The notes below the pieces were generated by a model. It was not told the DNA's origin and ran no database searches. It worked only from the letters and a program-made list of their open reading frames with translations. The position numbers and the translations under genes were made by a program. 64,000 nt of DNA, from the NCBI RefSeq assembly GCF_009914755.1, contig NC_060929.1; one strand, given 5' to 3'. This DNA is from the human T2T-CHM13v2.0 reference genome, Homo sapiens. Positions 1 to 14,779 of this stretch are shown here, piece by piece (the first letter of the stretch is position 1; each line of letters begins with the position of its first letter).

Positions 1-450
<450 letters not shown>

Positions 451-1890
451 AGAGACAATCAGGAACAGGTACAGCAGTTTTTTTCAAACATGTGAAGCGC
501 TGTTGTATAGAAGAAACATTAACTTGGCTCAGTCTAGAAACAAGAATTAGAACCCTGCTTTAATATTGCTTCATCAGCAAAGGCAGGTAACAAATCTTTC
601 TTTCCCAACAATGCCCAGAAGGGAATGTCATCACTCTGACAGATCCATCATTGAATAGGACACTTATGAAAAAGTTGCACTTCTTATCTTACTAAAAAAC
701 GTGAAAATATGGCAATAAAAGTAAAACAAGAAAACCAAACTACCTATCAAAAAGCACTGTCTCATTAGTAGTTCCCAATGCACTCTCCTTTTGCCTCCAG
801 AGAATAATTACATAAATCATTTTATTTTCTCTTTAGAGAATGAGAGGTGGACACCCAGCAGGCAAGAACATCATCAGAGGGACTGACATTCAGGTTTGCA
901 AATGAACATTTTTCTGAAGATGCCACCTACTTTTGTTAAACTTCCTCATGGATACATTACAGATCATCTACTGGAAGAAATATTTGCTGTCTTGAGACTG
1001 TCAGGATTCCCAGACAGCCTGTATCATCAGTATCACAGGAGGAAAAAATAAATAATTTGTAAAACCACCCTGTGTCCATAAACCTGATCTCAACAAAGTA
1101 GCAAGACTGTCAACAGAGTTTAGCAAAAAATGTCTATCTCACCACTATGATATTTGAGATAATACTCAAGAAAATATCTTACCTTTATTACAAGTTAAAG
1201 CTACAATAATGCGACTTATATTTCACTAGTTCCACATAGTTCACCTTCTAAATGTGTATTAGAAATGTTAAATAATTATTTATGATCCTAGGAAATTGAC
1301 TCTTTGACTCTATTTGGATCAATAAAATCAGAAAAAAACTCATTTTTTTTCCAGGGGTGGTTTGTTTGATTTTCTTTAACAGAACCAGGTTTTTAAAGGA
1401 AAAATAAAAGATTATATTGTTTGTACTAGCACAGAAAATCTTAACAATGGTTTGACAGACCTTCAAATTATAAAATATCAGTAGCCCAAAGTGTTTCAAA
1501 CACTGCTGTCTTTAAGAAAACAATTTAGATTCAAGAGAATTCAGTCTGAGTCCCAGTTGTCATCAAGCTCAATCTGTTTATGAGATTTTAGTTTACTCAT
1601 CATTTACTGAGGGCATTGGCTGTTATACTGATTCCTCCAGCTTTAACTTCCCACATTCCACATTTCTATGTAAATAGAAGGGAAAAATCACTTCCCATTT
1701 AACTAACTAAAGCCCATGCATATTTATTTTAATAAAATAGGTGTTACTTAGGGATGAACATCTTTACAGAAACTTTTAACACAGGTTTCTAAGAAGTCTG
1801 TGTAATAGCTCCCTGAAGACCTTTTAAAGTTCATAGAGAGATCTAACGTGAGTGCATTGTAAATATCTTGAAGGGATGGATAGACTGAAA

Positions 1891-1946
1891 TACACACACA
1901 CACACATATGCACACACACACACATACACACACATACACATACACA
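1891..1946. repeat. Imperfect (CA)n microsatellite
   Basis: Directly visible. Confidence 0.95.
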
Positions 1947-2862
1947 CTGCTTGCCGGATTTTGAAGACTAATAATGCAACCTCTAAAGCCAAATTAGGAT
2001 TCAGATTTGTAGATTCCCATTAAAATGAAAGCAATCATCAGTTATACTTACTTCATTCCATTCTGAAAATTGGAAAATATTTTATAGCATAAAATAGCTC
2101 TGGCATTAGTATTACAAAAAGTAACACAGAAGTTCTGGCATATCCCAGAACTCTAATTATAAAACTAATGAATTCAGGGAGCACCTGTTGTTTAATTTGA
2201 ACTCTTTTATAGGTACCATGTATATTCTGTGCCAGCATTTTGATGAACTGATTTTTAAAAATCTCAATAACTAGCTCATTTTTCTAATCAATCACTGTAT
2301 TTTCCTGGCAACCTACTTTCTTCCTAGTAAATTCCATATATACTAAGTCACATTAATATTGTTAATCAAGCTTCAGAGGAAGTGTCTGAGTTGAATTTGG
2401 AAGTCCTGAGGTTGGCTATACATAAAGGTAGGAAGGTGAAGATCAGGGAGTTAGCCTCTTAACTGACTGGCGGAGGGGGGCAGGGGGGCAGGGAGCCATC
2501 ATTTTCATGAACGGGAGCTAGCGTGTGACTCTAACTGGAGTCCCTTACTGTATCGTGGCAAGAAACCTGACTCTCCAGTGGCTACTAGCCGAGGACGCAT
2601 AAGGAAGCCACAGCTATGTTAGGACAGCAGCTTCAACGTGGAAATCAGGTTTCTACCATCTACTTTTAGGAAGTGAAATAGCCAGGACCTGAATGCTTGT
2701 CTTAGCACCATTTTGAATGTGATCTGCCAGTCAGCTTTATAAAATCAGGGTCTAAACATCTTGTTTTCTTTTTTTATTAACTGCTATATCACTCACCCCC
2801 AGCACAGTACTTTAATAACTATTTTTAAATGAAAAAGTAAATCTCATCTACTCCATGGTGGC

Positions 2863-3253
2863 TGATATGGACTATATTATGTCCTCCCAAAAATCATAGC
2901 ATCATAACCCCCAGTACCTCAGAATATGACTTATTTGGAAACAGAGGCATCGCAGATGTGATTAAGATGAGGTCATACTGGAGTAGGATAGGCTTCTAGT
3001 CCAATATGACTAGTGTCCTTAAGAAAAGGAGCACCACATGAAGATGAAAACAGAGCTTGGAGTGAAGACACAAAAGCAAAGAAACAGAAAAGGTTGCTAG
3101 GGAACTACCAGAAACCTGGAAGAACAGACTCTCCCTCACAGCCTTTTAAAGAGACACCTTGGTCTTTGACTTCCATCTCCAAAACTATGTTTTTATTAAT
3201 TAATCCACTCAGTTTGCGATGCTTTGTTACAGAAGGGCTAGCACACTAATACA
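2863..3253 (+). mobile_element. MaLR solo LTR (MLT1B/C-like)
   Basis: TG...CA ends; cccagtacctcagaatatgacttatttggaaa and ttaagatgaggtcatactggagtagg motifs. Confidence 0.8.
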
Positions 3254-3904
3254 ATCGTCAAGACGATCTATGGCTTGAAATTACACACAAGTCATGGAAA
3301 GTTTAAATCTGAATAAAATCAGTAAGATATCAAGGCTAAGAAAGGATTTTTTCAAGGGATGTGTAGCACTATACTTAATGTTTGAGTCTGTGATAAATTG
3401 TGACTAGTCTATATTTAGAAAAGCATAAATGCCTAAAATAAATCAAGACATCTAAAATGTAACCCCCGTGAGAAAGAGAAACTTTGATTTGTACTTTGAC
3501 ACATCCCTGGAACATAAATCACAGCCTAGCACATTATGGCCACAAACCATAATGATTTCTAAATGAATGAATGGCTAATAGAGAATAATTATTCCAAATA
3601 TAGGAGCGAATTGGTGAACTTGCTTAATGAAACATTAAAAACTCAAAATCCAAACCAGAAATAGGTATAAAAAGAAATTTTCTTACCTATTTCTATTTGG
3701 ACAATTTTGTCATTGTTTTATTAAGTGAATGTCAGTCAATAAAAACAGAAATATTAATGGAAAAATTAGAAATATGGCATATGGGCTGTCAGTTTGAGAA
3801 AAATGCAAGTACAATAAAATTTTCAAATTTCAACAAACTATCAATCTTTGACTTCATACTGTACAGATGGCAAAGGTGCTGTGTTTTTAAGCATCAATTA
3901 GAAG

Positions 3905-4654
3905 TAACTGTATATCCACATATAGAAGAATGAAACCAGACCCCTATCTCTCACCATATACAAAAATCAACTCTAAATAGATGAAAGACTTAAATGTAAG
4001 ACCCAAAACTATGCAATTAGTTGAAGAAATCATAGTGGATCAATGCTTCATGAATTTCAACTGGACAATAACTTTTTGTAATAAGATCTCCAAAGCAGAG
4101 ACAATAAAAGCAAAAATAGACTAATGGGATTACATCAAACTCAAAAGCTTCTGAACAGCAAAGTAAACAATAAAGTGAAGAGACACCCTACAGAACAGGA
4201 GAAAGTATCTGCAAAATATGCATCTGACAAGGGGCTGATAGCCAGAACTTATAAGGAACTCAAACAATTCAATAGCAAAAATAAGCAAATAATCTGATTT
4301 TAAAACGGGCAAAAGACCCAAATAGACATTTCTCAAAAGAAGATATGAAAATGGTTAATAGACATCCAAAAAAAATCAACATCACTAATCAACAGATAAA
4401 TGCAAATCAAAATCACAATGAGGTATCACCTAACCCCAGTTAGAATGGCTATTATCAGAAAGACAAAAAATAAATGCTGGGAAGAATGCAGAGAAAGCAA
4501 ACTCAGTACATTGTTGGTAGGAATGTAAATTAGTTCAGCTATTACAGAAAACAGTATGAAGGTTCCTCAAAAAATTAAAAATATAACTACGGTTTGATCT
4601 AGCAATCTCATTACTGGGTGTATATCCAAAGGAAATAAAATCAGTATGTCAAAG

Positions 4655-4707
<53 letters not shown>

Positions 4708-5320
4708 CCATGTTTACTACAGCAGTATTCACAATAGCCAAGATATAGAAATCGATCTAAAAGTCATCTACAAATGAGTGGATAAAGAAAATGTGATATA
4801 CACATATACACATAATGGAATACTATTCGGCCATAAAACTGAATGAAATCCTGTTATTTGCAGCAACACAGATGAGGACATTATGTTAAGTGAACTAATC
4901 TAGGTACAATAAAACAAATATGGCGTCATCTCACTCATTTGTACAATCTAAATAAGTAGGCTTCATAGAAGTAGAGAGTAGAATAGTGGTTACCAGAGGC
5001 TGGGAAGGAGGAGGAGGAGGCAGGTAATAGGACAGTTTGGTCAGTAGTTATAAAATTACAGTTAGGAAGAATAAGTGTTGTGTTCTGTTGCACAGTAGGG
5101 TGACCACAGCAAGTAACAATGTAGTATATATTTCGAAATAGCTAGAAGATTTTGAATGTTGTCACCATAAAGAAGTGATAAATGTAAAAGTGTTGAATGC
5201 GATAATTACCCTGCTTTGTTCATTATACTATGTAAACATGCATTGAGACATCACATTATACCCCATGAATATGTATAATTACATGTCAATTATAAATTTT
5301 AAAAAACTAAATTTAAAAAG
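3905..5320 (+). mobile_element. L1MA-type 3' fragment (end of ORF2 + 3'UTR), with an internal (TA)n at 4659-4701
   Basis: Degenerate ORF2 3' motifs (gggattacatcaaactcaaaagcttctg; cagttagaatggctattatc), L1MA 3'UTR, A-rich end. Confidence 0.9.
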
Positions 5321-6549
5321 AAATTAACTATGTGAAACAATGTGGAAATAGATACTGAAATTTTTAAATAAGCATAATTATGACAACATATCTACAGATA
5401 TTTTCATTAATGAATTACTTGTGAATTACATTGTCAAGTGTCAAATAGAAAAATCTTTCAATAACAATGGCAATTATGTTAAAAACTGGACGGCGTTTAG
5501 AATTATGTTAAAAAGTTATTTAATGCTTATTTTAATATATTTTAAAATATCAATGAGAATCCTAAATTCCTATAGTAACAATTTTCTATACTTCTACACA
5601 TAATTTTCATAGATTTTTCTCCCTTGCAAGGCAAAAGTTTGCCCTCTATTCTTTACACTTTAATTTCTTTTATTCAACAATATTAAAATATTTACCAAAT
5701 TACTTCCTTGTGTTTAAACATTGCTACATTTTATGGGGAAAAAATTATAACCTGGTCTAAAAAAGTACGTCTTTCAAGAAAAATAATGATAAAGACATAC
5801 AGTTTCAAATTATTTTTATTATAGTTAGGCATGGACAAATACAACTAGGCTAGAAGTCCTTAAGTTTGCAGAAACTACACACTTATAAAATGTCAAATTA
5901 TAAAATAAATGTAAAAAGTATAAAATAAATAAAATTCAAAATAACAACATTAATATAGTGCGTTTGATGTTGTAGCATGGGAAAATTAATTACTACCCAT
6001 AACGTGAATTTGGGACTGACTGGTAATGGTGTAGATCTTTTGAAATTTGGTGTGTCACAGAATGACTAAATTTTCCCCCTACCTTATTTACACAATGGCA
6101 ATGTTTACTTCCTAAGGACATGTTGCCCTTCACTTTGCACAAACCCTTCATGAATGTCCTAAGCCTGTATCATGCCATGCTTCACACTGTTAGTTCAGGC
6201 TATGTCTTCCACACCCAGAGCTTCTCGTAGAGAGCTTCTATACACATAGCTCTGAGGGAGGCATATGGTATATGTGGATTGTGTATCATGTGAGTCAAAT
6301 CCTGACCCAAACCTCCTAGGTCAGAATATTTCTTTCTCTTGTCCAGGATGATTCCCATGAGATCCAGGCTAGATCAGGCAGAGTGAATCCTTAACAGTCT
6401 CTTGGAACCATCAGGAAAAAGTACATTCTTCCTATGGTTGCTCAACAACTAGCATATAAACTTGGAGCTCCCATTGACATATTGACACTACTTATAAAAA
6501 GCCTGCTAAAGATGAAGGTAGTAAAGAAGAAAGCAGAACTAATAGACAG

Positions 6550-6902
6550 TGTATTGGTCCATTTTCAGGGTACTAATAAAGACATACCCGAGACTAGGTC
6601 ATTTATAAAGAAAAAAAGGTTTAATGGACTCACAGTTCCACATGGCTAGGGAGGGCTCACAATCATGGCAGATGACAAAAGGCACATCTTACAACGCAGC
6701 AGGCAAGAGAGAGAAAGAACCAAGTGAAAGGGGTTTCCCCTTATAAAACCATCAGATCTCATGAGACTTACTACCATGAGAACAGTATAGGGGAAACTGC
6801 CCCCATGATTCAATTATCTCCCACCAGGTCCCTCCCACAACATGTGGGAATTATGGGAGCTACAATTCAAGATGAGATTTGGGTAGGGACACAGCCATAT
6901 CA
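6550..6902 (-). mobile_element. THE1-type MaLR solo LTR with 5-bp TSD GACAG
   Basis: Reverse complement of the THE1 LTR (aaagacatacccgagact...gggacacagcc..atatca); GACAG at 6545-6549 and 6903-6907. Confidence 0.92.
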
Positions 6903-7505
6903 GACAGAAAGAGAAAAAAATGAGCCATGATCAGTAGAACGTGGGGACGGAGCAAACCTCTAGCATTTTTACTTATGAGAGTCTGTAAATTCCACATTTC
7001 CTAGTACTCCAGGTTAAGTTCATTTTCCATGGTTTGCAAAGGGAGTCCCAACTAATCAGGAAACTTCCACTGGCTGTCAGTGATATGCCCAGAATAAAGA
7101 ACTGGTCCATCTGGTGGTACGGTTTAGGTAGTGAGCACACTGCCCTTAACTGGAAAGGTAGGTATTCACTATCTGTTAACAAAGTGGCTGTTAAACACCT
7201 CTCTATGTATCTCAAACCACAAGTTGGAGGGTTGGAGAACTTGATGAAGTGTCCCGGATGATTCTCATGGCCTTTTGTAAATTTCTCCAAAGAACAGGCA
7301 GTCTTACACTTAGACTGGCACAGTGAGAAACAGAGAAAAGAAAATATCTGACCACAGTGGCACATTCTGCCCATGGCCAGGAACCCAGAATGGCTGAGTA
7401 GGAAAATCACGAGCCTTGTAGGGTTGAAAGCCAAATCTAGTCCAAGGCTCAGACCTCCTTTTCCAGCAATCTGGCCATAAGATAGGAGGTTTAAAATACA
7501 CCCAG

Positions 7506-7640
7506 CACTCCACTGATGGGTGCAGCAAACGACCATTGCATGTGTATACCTATGTAACAAACCTGCACGTTCTGCACATGTATCCCAAAACTTAAAGTAT
7601 AATAAAAAAACAGAATAATAATAAATAAAATTACAATAAA
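7506..7640 (+). mobile_element. Extremely 5'-truncated L1PA (~100 nt of 3'UTR + A tail) with 13-bp TSD
   Basis: tgatgggtgcagcaaac...cttaaagtataataaaa; TSD aaaatacacccag (7493-7505) / aaagtacacccag (7641-7653); TT|AAAA target. Confidence 0.9.
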
Positions 7641-8364
7641 AAAGTACACCCAGAGGCTGAGGGGTAGGGATATAGGTGATAGATGAGCTGAGATGCTAAT
7701 ACAGAGCTCTCATGTATTCTCTAAGTCCAAAGGCACATGAACACCATCATGGAAAGACGTTTCACTCCACTCCACCCAAAACTCCATGGAAATGAGAAAT
7801 ATAAGTGAAAAAAGTAGCCTACAATTTTGTGACAAATTAAAAATGATGAACATATTTTGTTTCGTAAAGACAAATATATTCCCTAGATATGAAATTCCAA
7901 GGTAATAGGTAATAAAGTAGCTACTAACAATCAACTTCTCATTGATATAGAAAGTATGGACTTATCTGCATTTATACCAAATATATAGCTTTATTTCCTT
8001 TGTGAATACTAGTAGTAATTCTACTATACATTTGTAATAAATTATTAAATTGGCAGGAGACATTGTATCGGGGAATGAGAAAAAAGGCAATTATGATTAA
8101 TAAAAAATATTTCTTAAAAAATAATGGGAGTTCTTTTCTTCATTTACTTTCAAATCCATTCTGCTACTGAGCTACAAAAGATAATAACACCCAGAGTGCC
8201 AATCCAAAATCACAGCATTCACTCACACATATTTCCATCTCATTAATGAAAAACAAAAGTTTCTATTTGAAGTACATTTTGTACTATCCAATATAAACTT
8301 CCCTGTAGTTCGAACATACTATTAATTTATACAGTAAATAAATATCTGAAGCTTCCACATTTGC

Positions 8365-8840
8365 TGTGATAGGAAACTTTATGTGTCTACTTGGCTAAGG
8401 TATCGTGCCCAGCTGTTTGGTCAAGCACATGTTTAGATATTGCTGTGAAGGTGTTTGTGAATTTGATTAATAGTTACAATCAGCTAACTTTAAGTAAAGC
8501 AGATCACCAGCCATCATGTTGTGGGCCTCATCCAATCAGCTAAAGAACTTAAGCGAAAAGACGGAGGTCCCCCAAAATCAGAATTCTCCTCAAGACTACA
8601 ACATAAATACCCTGTTTGCGTTCCCGGCCTACTGGCCTGTCCCACAGATTTCAGACTTTATACTGCAGCATCACCCCTCCTTGAATTTCCTGCCTGTCAG
8701 CTCACCCCACAGGTTTTGGATTTTCCAGTCCCCATAGCTATATGAGCCAATTCCTTAAAATAATATTCATATTATCTCTCTAATACGTGTGTGTGTGCGT
8801 ATGTGGGTGTGAGTGTATATGTGTTCTGTTTCCCTAGAAT
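8365..8840 (+). mobile_element. ERVL LTR (MLT2-like)
   Basis: tttatgtgtctacttggcta, gtgggcctcatccaatcagc and gagccaattccttaaaataa motifs. Confidence 0.8.
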
Positions 8841-10679
8841 GAATTTCTCTTATTAGAATAACATTTAAATGCCCCCAAAAAGATCTTGGCTGAAACTCTA
8901 CCTTTCAGGAGAAGAAAGGTCTTTACTCTGCATGATTGAAAGAAATGGTACAGAGCCTGTTTTCTCAGCCCTAGTTATTTCCTAGAGGAATTTGCTGACT
9001 TCACTCTGTGGCCTGAGGGGAACTGGTCTCACCCATGTCCAGTCCACAGGAGCAGCTGGCTTTATGCAGCTTTGTTCATTAACACAGGGCCTGTTTGGAA
9101 ATCCTACTTTTAGTCATTAAACCACGCCTACCCAGGACTTCTTCACAGAAGTGCTGGATTCCGCCTGTAGTACTGAGTCACAGGCAATCATGTTTGTATT
9201 TTGGGGAGTTTGCTTGGCCTGTGTGCTGCTGCCAAGTCTCCACATTGGCAATGGCCAATTCCATTTGTGATTTTGGTAAACACAGTATGTTTCATAAGGT
9301 ACTGATGGTAAAAGTAAATCCAAAATTCTAAGCTTTGATTTTCAAAATCCTGGCCAGAACCAGCTATTTATATTTTAATCAGCAGTTAGGGCAGAGGGTA
9401 GCTAAATGCAGTCGATGCTTTCTAGAAAAGGCAAATAAAAGATTTTGAATATAATTTCTAGTCATTCAGTCATGGTATACATTCTCCTCCTACCTCAAGT
9501 CAGCTACAAGCTTCCCTTCACCTTCTATCTCCTGTTTCCTGTTACACATTTACAATTAACTTACGTCTCTTAACCACGCCACCTCTTTAGTGGCACCCAA
9601 CGGCATTCATTGTTCCTTCCCCCTTGTTCCTACCTTTCAGACTCTTCAGCTTCCATCTGATATTTCCCAGCACCCACTGTAGGCCATGGTATCACACTCA
9701 GCCCCAAGAATGCCACAGGAATGTCACCCAGAGACTGACCTCAAAATGCTCAAAGTAAAGCCATTCATTATAACCAAAGGTGATTATTCAAAGTCTGAAA
9801 GAGATTTTTTTAAGTGCATTCTTAAAATTAGAAAAAAAAATCCACAATCCTTGCTTAATTAATTATAGATGAAACTCAGTCAGCACAATGCCAAATCACT
9901 ATATTCCTACCTTGACCCTAAGTGATGGTCTAATGGCAGTAAGGAACAAATGGCAAGAATCAAGAGAGAACTGAGAAAAATACTGTGAGAAAACTGGAGT
10001 AAACATAACATTTGGGGGCACTTGTATGTGCACAGCATGATGTGAAGGAAATGCCAACTGTGACAGTATCACTGACCAAAGAAACAGGTACCAGTCAGGG
10101 TGATCCAAACAGTATCCAGTTCAGAAATACACATCTCATGAAAAGATACTGTATACTTACATTGAAAACCTCTAAGTTTCTGTTTACATGCAGTGGGAAA
10201 CAGTCTCCTAGATCCTGGAATTACACTGACTGACCCTTTAGAAACAGAAGTAAGCAGAGAAGAAATGTAATAGAGCAACAAAATATATGTATTTGAATTA
10301 CTTGTTCATAGAAGACCCAATTAATTATTCAGCAAAAAGAAAAGAGGCAGCTGGAAATGAACAATAGGAAACCAATTTGATAATGGGTTTGCCCTTATGT
10401 GTGCACTTTACCAGCTGAAAGGTCCAAGTAATCACTCTTTCTCTCTCCTTTGACTGTCTTTTACTTGCCTGTTTCTCTGTGTCTCTCTTTTGATGTTTTT
10501 CTCTCTTTCTTTTCAAACCTCTTCCAAATAAAAGAATCACATTCAAACCTCGGGAGATTAATCAAAGCCTGTCAAAATTGGAAAACACATAAATCTCTGG
10601 GAAGAATCTACTTAGTTGGAGATTGCTCCCCAACTTCTCACCAGGTCTCTTGTGCTAGGGAAAACTCACTCTTTTTCCC

Positions 10680-12130
10680 TCATCACTCCACCAAAACTGC
10701 TTTGGTCAGGCTCCCCAAGGACCATCCTCTTTCTAAAGCTGTGGACAATTTTTAGGCCTTCTTTCCTTTACCTTCCTGCAGCATTTGACAGGTGCAGGCA
10801 CAGCCAAGCTCTTCCTGGGTCTTTGTGTTTGGCTTCATGAACAGCATTCTCTGCATGTTTTCTTCCTACTTCACTGGCCACTTCTCCCTCTTCTGTTGTC
10901 TCCCCCTCTCCCTGGCATCCCAATCATGCTCACACCAGGGCTCAGTGGTCTTACCACCTCCTCTTTATTTACATTCACTTTCTTGGAGATCTCATCCAGT
11001 CTGGTGACTTTAAATATCACACCTACATTGATGAATCTCAAGTCACTGCCCACACCTGGACCTTGACTCCTAGATCCACCTGCCTACTGATCCACTGCCA
11101 CTTAGATCCACTGACAGCTGGGTGCCCCATAGGCCTTGGTGAACTTGAAACTCATCTCAAGTTGATCCACCTCTCAGACCTGCCCCACTCACTTTCTTCT
11201 CCTTCTCATTTGGTGCCAATTGCATCCTTACAGTTTCTGAGGCCAAAAATCTTGGCAGTCACTCTTAACTCAGCCTTTTCTCTCCCATTGTACACCTAAT
11301 CCACCAGGTAACTCCGTTGATTCTACCTTCTGGATAGGTACAGCGTTTAGTCACTCTTGCCACCTCCATTGTTCTCTCCTCCTCGTCTGAGCCGCCATCA
11401 TGAGTCATTTGGATTGACAACATCATCTCTGAACTGGTCTCTCCGTGTCCACCACTGCTGTCCTGCAGTCTGTTCTCTACAGGTTCATCAGACCGATCCA
11501 AGTCTATGTCAGATCACATCACTTCTTGGCTCAAAAGCATCTATGATAAACAAGGCCCTGGAAAACCTGGCTGAGCATTCGTTCTCCTAAGTATCCTCCC
11601 TCTATTCTCCTTCCAGCCACACTGTCCTCCTTGTTGTTCCCAAAGCACGTTCAGCACACTGCCACGGGTGGCCCATTGTGCTCACTGCTCTCTGGGCCTG
11701 GACCCGTCTTTTCAAAGCCAGGGTCATGGCTAACTCCCTCACCTCCTTTACTTGTCAGTTCTATATAAGTATCCAACATAAAAGTTCAACTGCATTACTT
11801 TTGCCTGGAATCCTTTCTCCCCACCATTTCTCCACTTTTATTTTGTTTTCCATGGCACTTATCAACATCTAACATACAATTTACTCATTTCTGTTTGCTG
11901 TTTATTGTCACCCTCCCAAACAGCTGGGCACCGAATCCTAGCCAAGCAGACACTTAAAATTACCTAACACAGTAAATGTGGAAGCTTCTGATATTTATTT
12001 ACTTTATAAATTAATAGTATGTTTGAACTACAGGGAAGTTTATATTTGTTCTGTGATATATTCCAAGAATCTAGAAGAGTGCCTGGCTCAAAGAAAGAGC
12101 ACAGTAAACACTTGTTGAGTAAGTGAATAC
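10680..12130 (+). mobile_element. LINE-2 (L2a-like) 3' fragment
   Basis: Pyrimidine-rich L2 body ending gtgcctggc...taaacacttgttgagtaagtgaat. Confidence 0.75.
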
Positions 12131-12234
12131 TCAAAACTCTAATTTGAAAACTGTATCCAATATGTGCAAAATCCTTCCTAAAGCTTACAGAAGGTATATA
12201 TTCCATCTTAACACAAGTATCGAACGTACAGTAA

Positions 12235-12360
12235 AATCAACACTGAACTAGGAATTCAAACCCTGGATCTGAACCTGGATCTCGTTCTAATGATTTGGCC
12301 ACGAAGTAGTTCTTCAACCTTCCTGAGACTCAGTTCTTTACCTGTAAAATCAGGATAACG
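12235..12360 (+). mobile_element. MIR fragment
   Basis: ctcagttctttacctgtaaaat core. Confidence 0.6.
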
Positions 12361-12769
12361 TTTCACAGTTTTTGTTGTTGTTTTGGTTTTTAAAACCAAA
12401 TATGATGATGCCTGTAAAACTATAAATTCAGAAAAGCAAGATCATCTGATAAGAGGCCCCACTATTCTCTTCTAAACTGGGCCATTTGTGGTGCGCTGTC
12501 ATTTTTCATAAAGCAAGTGATAAAAATATTCTGTAACTATAATGTGCAGCTGCACTCACAGACCAAAATAAATCTGATTAAGACACAGTTCCTTAAAGAG
12601 CGATGGTTACTTGGGTTTTTGCAATCAAGCATAAAAAACCTGTAATGCCGGAGGGCAGCCTTAAACCAGGGATTAGCTGGAGATGCCAAAAGGATTTGTG
12701 GAAAAGGCTTCAACCCACAGGTTGAAACAGGGACAGCAGCATCTTATGTTACCTAGAGATACCAAAGGT

Positions 12770-12965
12770 CGGTGGTGAGGTGTGTGGGCTCCTGAGCCAG
12801 ACTCCCCAGGTATGAATCCTAGTTCCCCTACCTTTCCTGTGTGTATAACCTTGGACCAGTGAACTAAGCTCACCTCACTGGAAAAACAGAGACCAATTGT
12901 AGGATTAGCATGAGGATTAACTGAGCTACCAGCTAGGATGCACTATGATACGTGCTCAACAGAAA
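12770..12965 (+). mobile_element. MIR fragment
   Basis: gaatcctagttcc...gtataaccttgg...tgaggattaa. Confidence 0.65.
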
Positions 12966-13214
12966 TTCCTTTGGGCAAACAAGGGAGTTTAGTGTGTACA
13001 TCCAACAGGTAAAAGCATTTTTCCTTCCAATTAAATAAAGACCAGTGGAGAGGAGATCTGTAAGCACCTTATTAGGTGAAAAACAAAATCTAAAGATAAA
13101 AAGGTATATGAAATACACACAACTAAAAGCCACTTTTAACTCATCTTGAGATTATTCAGAGATTAAGTGTTCTTGAACTCAGTCACTTTAGAATAGAGAC
13201 TTCTGGTCACCCTG

Positions 13215-13402
13215 CATAGAGGTTCCCTAAATGAGGTTCTGATGCAGAGGCATTCACATCACCTGGCAACCTCTCAGACATGTGCATTCTTAGGCCTCAC
13301 CATAGACCTAATAAATCAGAAACTCTGGGCCCCAGACCTAGAATTTTAACAAGCTTTCTAGATGATGGGGATGGAGGTCATAGTCTGCAAACCACTGCCC
13401 TA
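13215..13402. mobile_element. MER5-like hAT-Charlie MITE
   Basis: catcacctgg...aatcagaaactctggg...ttttaacaag...aaccactgc. Confidence 0.7.
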
Positions 13403-14779
13403 AGCCATCAACTCCAAGAGAGAATAAAGGATATTGCCGGATAATTGAACTTGACTCTTCACTGCTTTATCTAAGCTACTCATTTATAAAGTGTGGTTGC
13501 AAGAAAAGGCTTTGAGAAAGCACTGAATGAATACTATGTGCATTAAGAAATTGTGGTTAGTTTGGCAGGACACAAAATCTTCAACTCACAAATATCTATT
13601 CAGCATTAATTATCTATAAGCCACCATGCCATAAACTGGGAGAGACAAAAAGAACAAAACATGGACCTTGCCCCCTGGGAGTTTATAATATTATAAGGTA
13701 TTCAGATACAGAAAGAATGAACAAAAATACAAAGCAAAATATATTTTCTGCTTTCACAACTAAGAAACTGAGCAAAGTTCTGGAATATTGACTACACAAG
13801 GCAAGATCAGAACAGGAGTTCATTCGGCATGGCCAGAGGGAACGAGGTAAGAAGGGATGCTGTGGAAGGGGAGGCTGATGGAAAGTTGGGAGTGAGTGTC
13901 ATCTGAAGGAGTGTGGTCTTTATCACTTTTTCAGCACAAAGTTGCTGAAGCCTTTTGCAAAAAGCTGTGTTTCTCTGTATTTGACAAACTCGGCTCAGGA
14001 TGATAGTTTAGTATCAATCTGAGTGTCGAAGGTAGAAAGAGGCTAGAAACAGGAAGAAAAGGTAACTGTCCAGAAAAGAGAGGTGGGAGGGAAGAAGCGA
14101 AAGTAAAAAGTGCAAAACAGAGGATAGAATATGAAAGGGCATCAGGAACTACAGCGGCAGAATGAATTACCAGATAAGTCAAATAGCACCCCAGGTTTAA
14201 AACTAAAAAGAACACCAGAAAATACATCTCCCTTCGACATATATGTGGTTTGTGATATGATTCACTTACTGGTAACATGGCTGAATCTGAGCTATCTATA
14301 ATATTTTTAAAATATGTACTTGGACCAGAATAAATTTGAACCTTATGTGATGAATTCCTGGCACAAGAAATAAAAACAAAATCACAGCATTTTAGAGTGT
14401 GAAAGCAATATGGGTGGTTTTGGAAATCCCTTTAATAATTATATAAGATTATTTATTTTCAAAATTATCAAATTCCCAAACAACCCACTTAAATAGTTGA
14501 AATTAGTGCATGCAGACATATGAATGTCCAATAAGCTGATATAAGACCATGCATTTAAAAAATTTCACGTACTTCACATTAAATATTTGAACTTAAAAAC
14601 CATTCTTATACTACTGACATCAGGATTAGATTCCTAAATTATATAGTCCATACTAAATAATATAAACATTGGTTTTCACAGTTCAATTTCCCCTACTCTT
14701 ACATGGTTAATTTGAACCCAATACAAGAAGAGATAGAGGAATGGTCCTCCCTATGGAGCAAACGTTGGAAAAGAGTCCG

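Noticed and set aside
9244-9260. TTGGCaatgGCCAA NFI-like palindrome
   Set aside because: The spacer is 4 nt rather than the 5 nt NFI requires.
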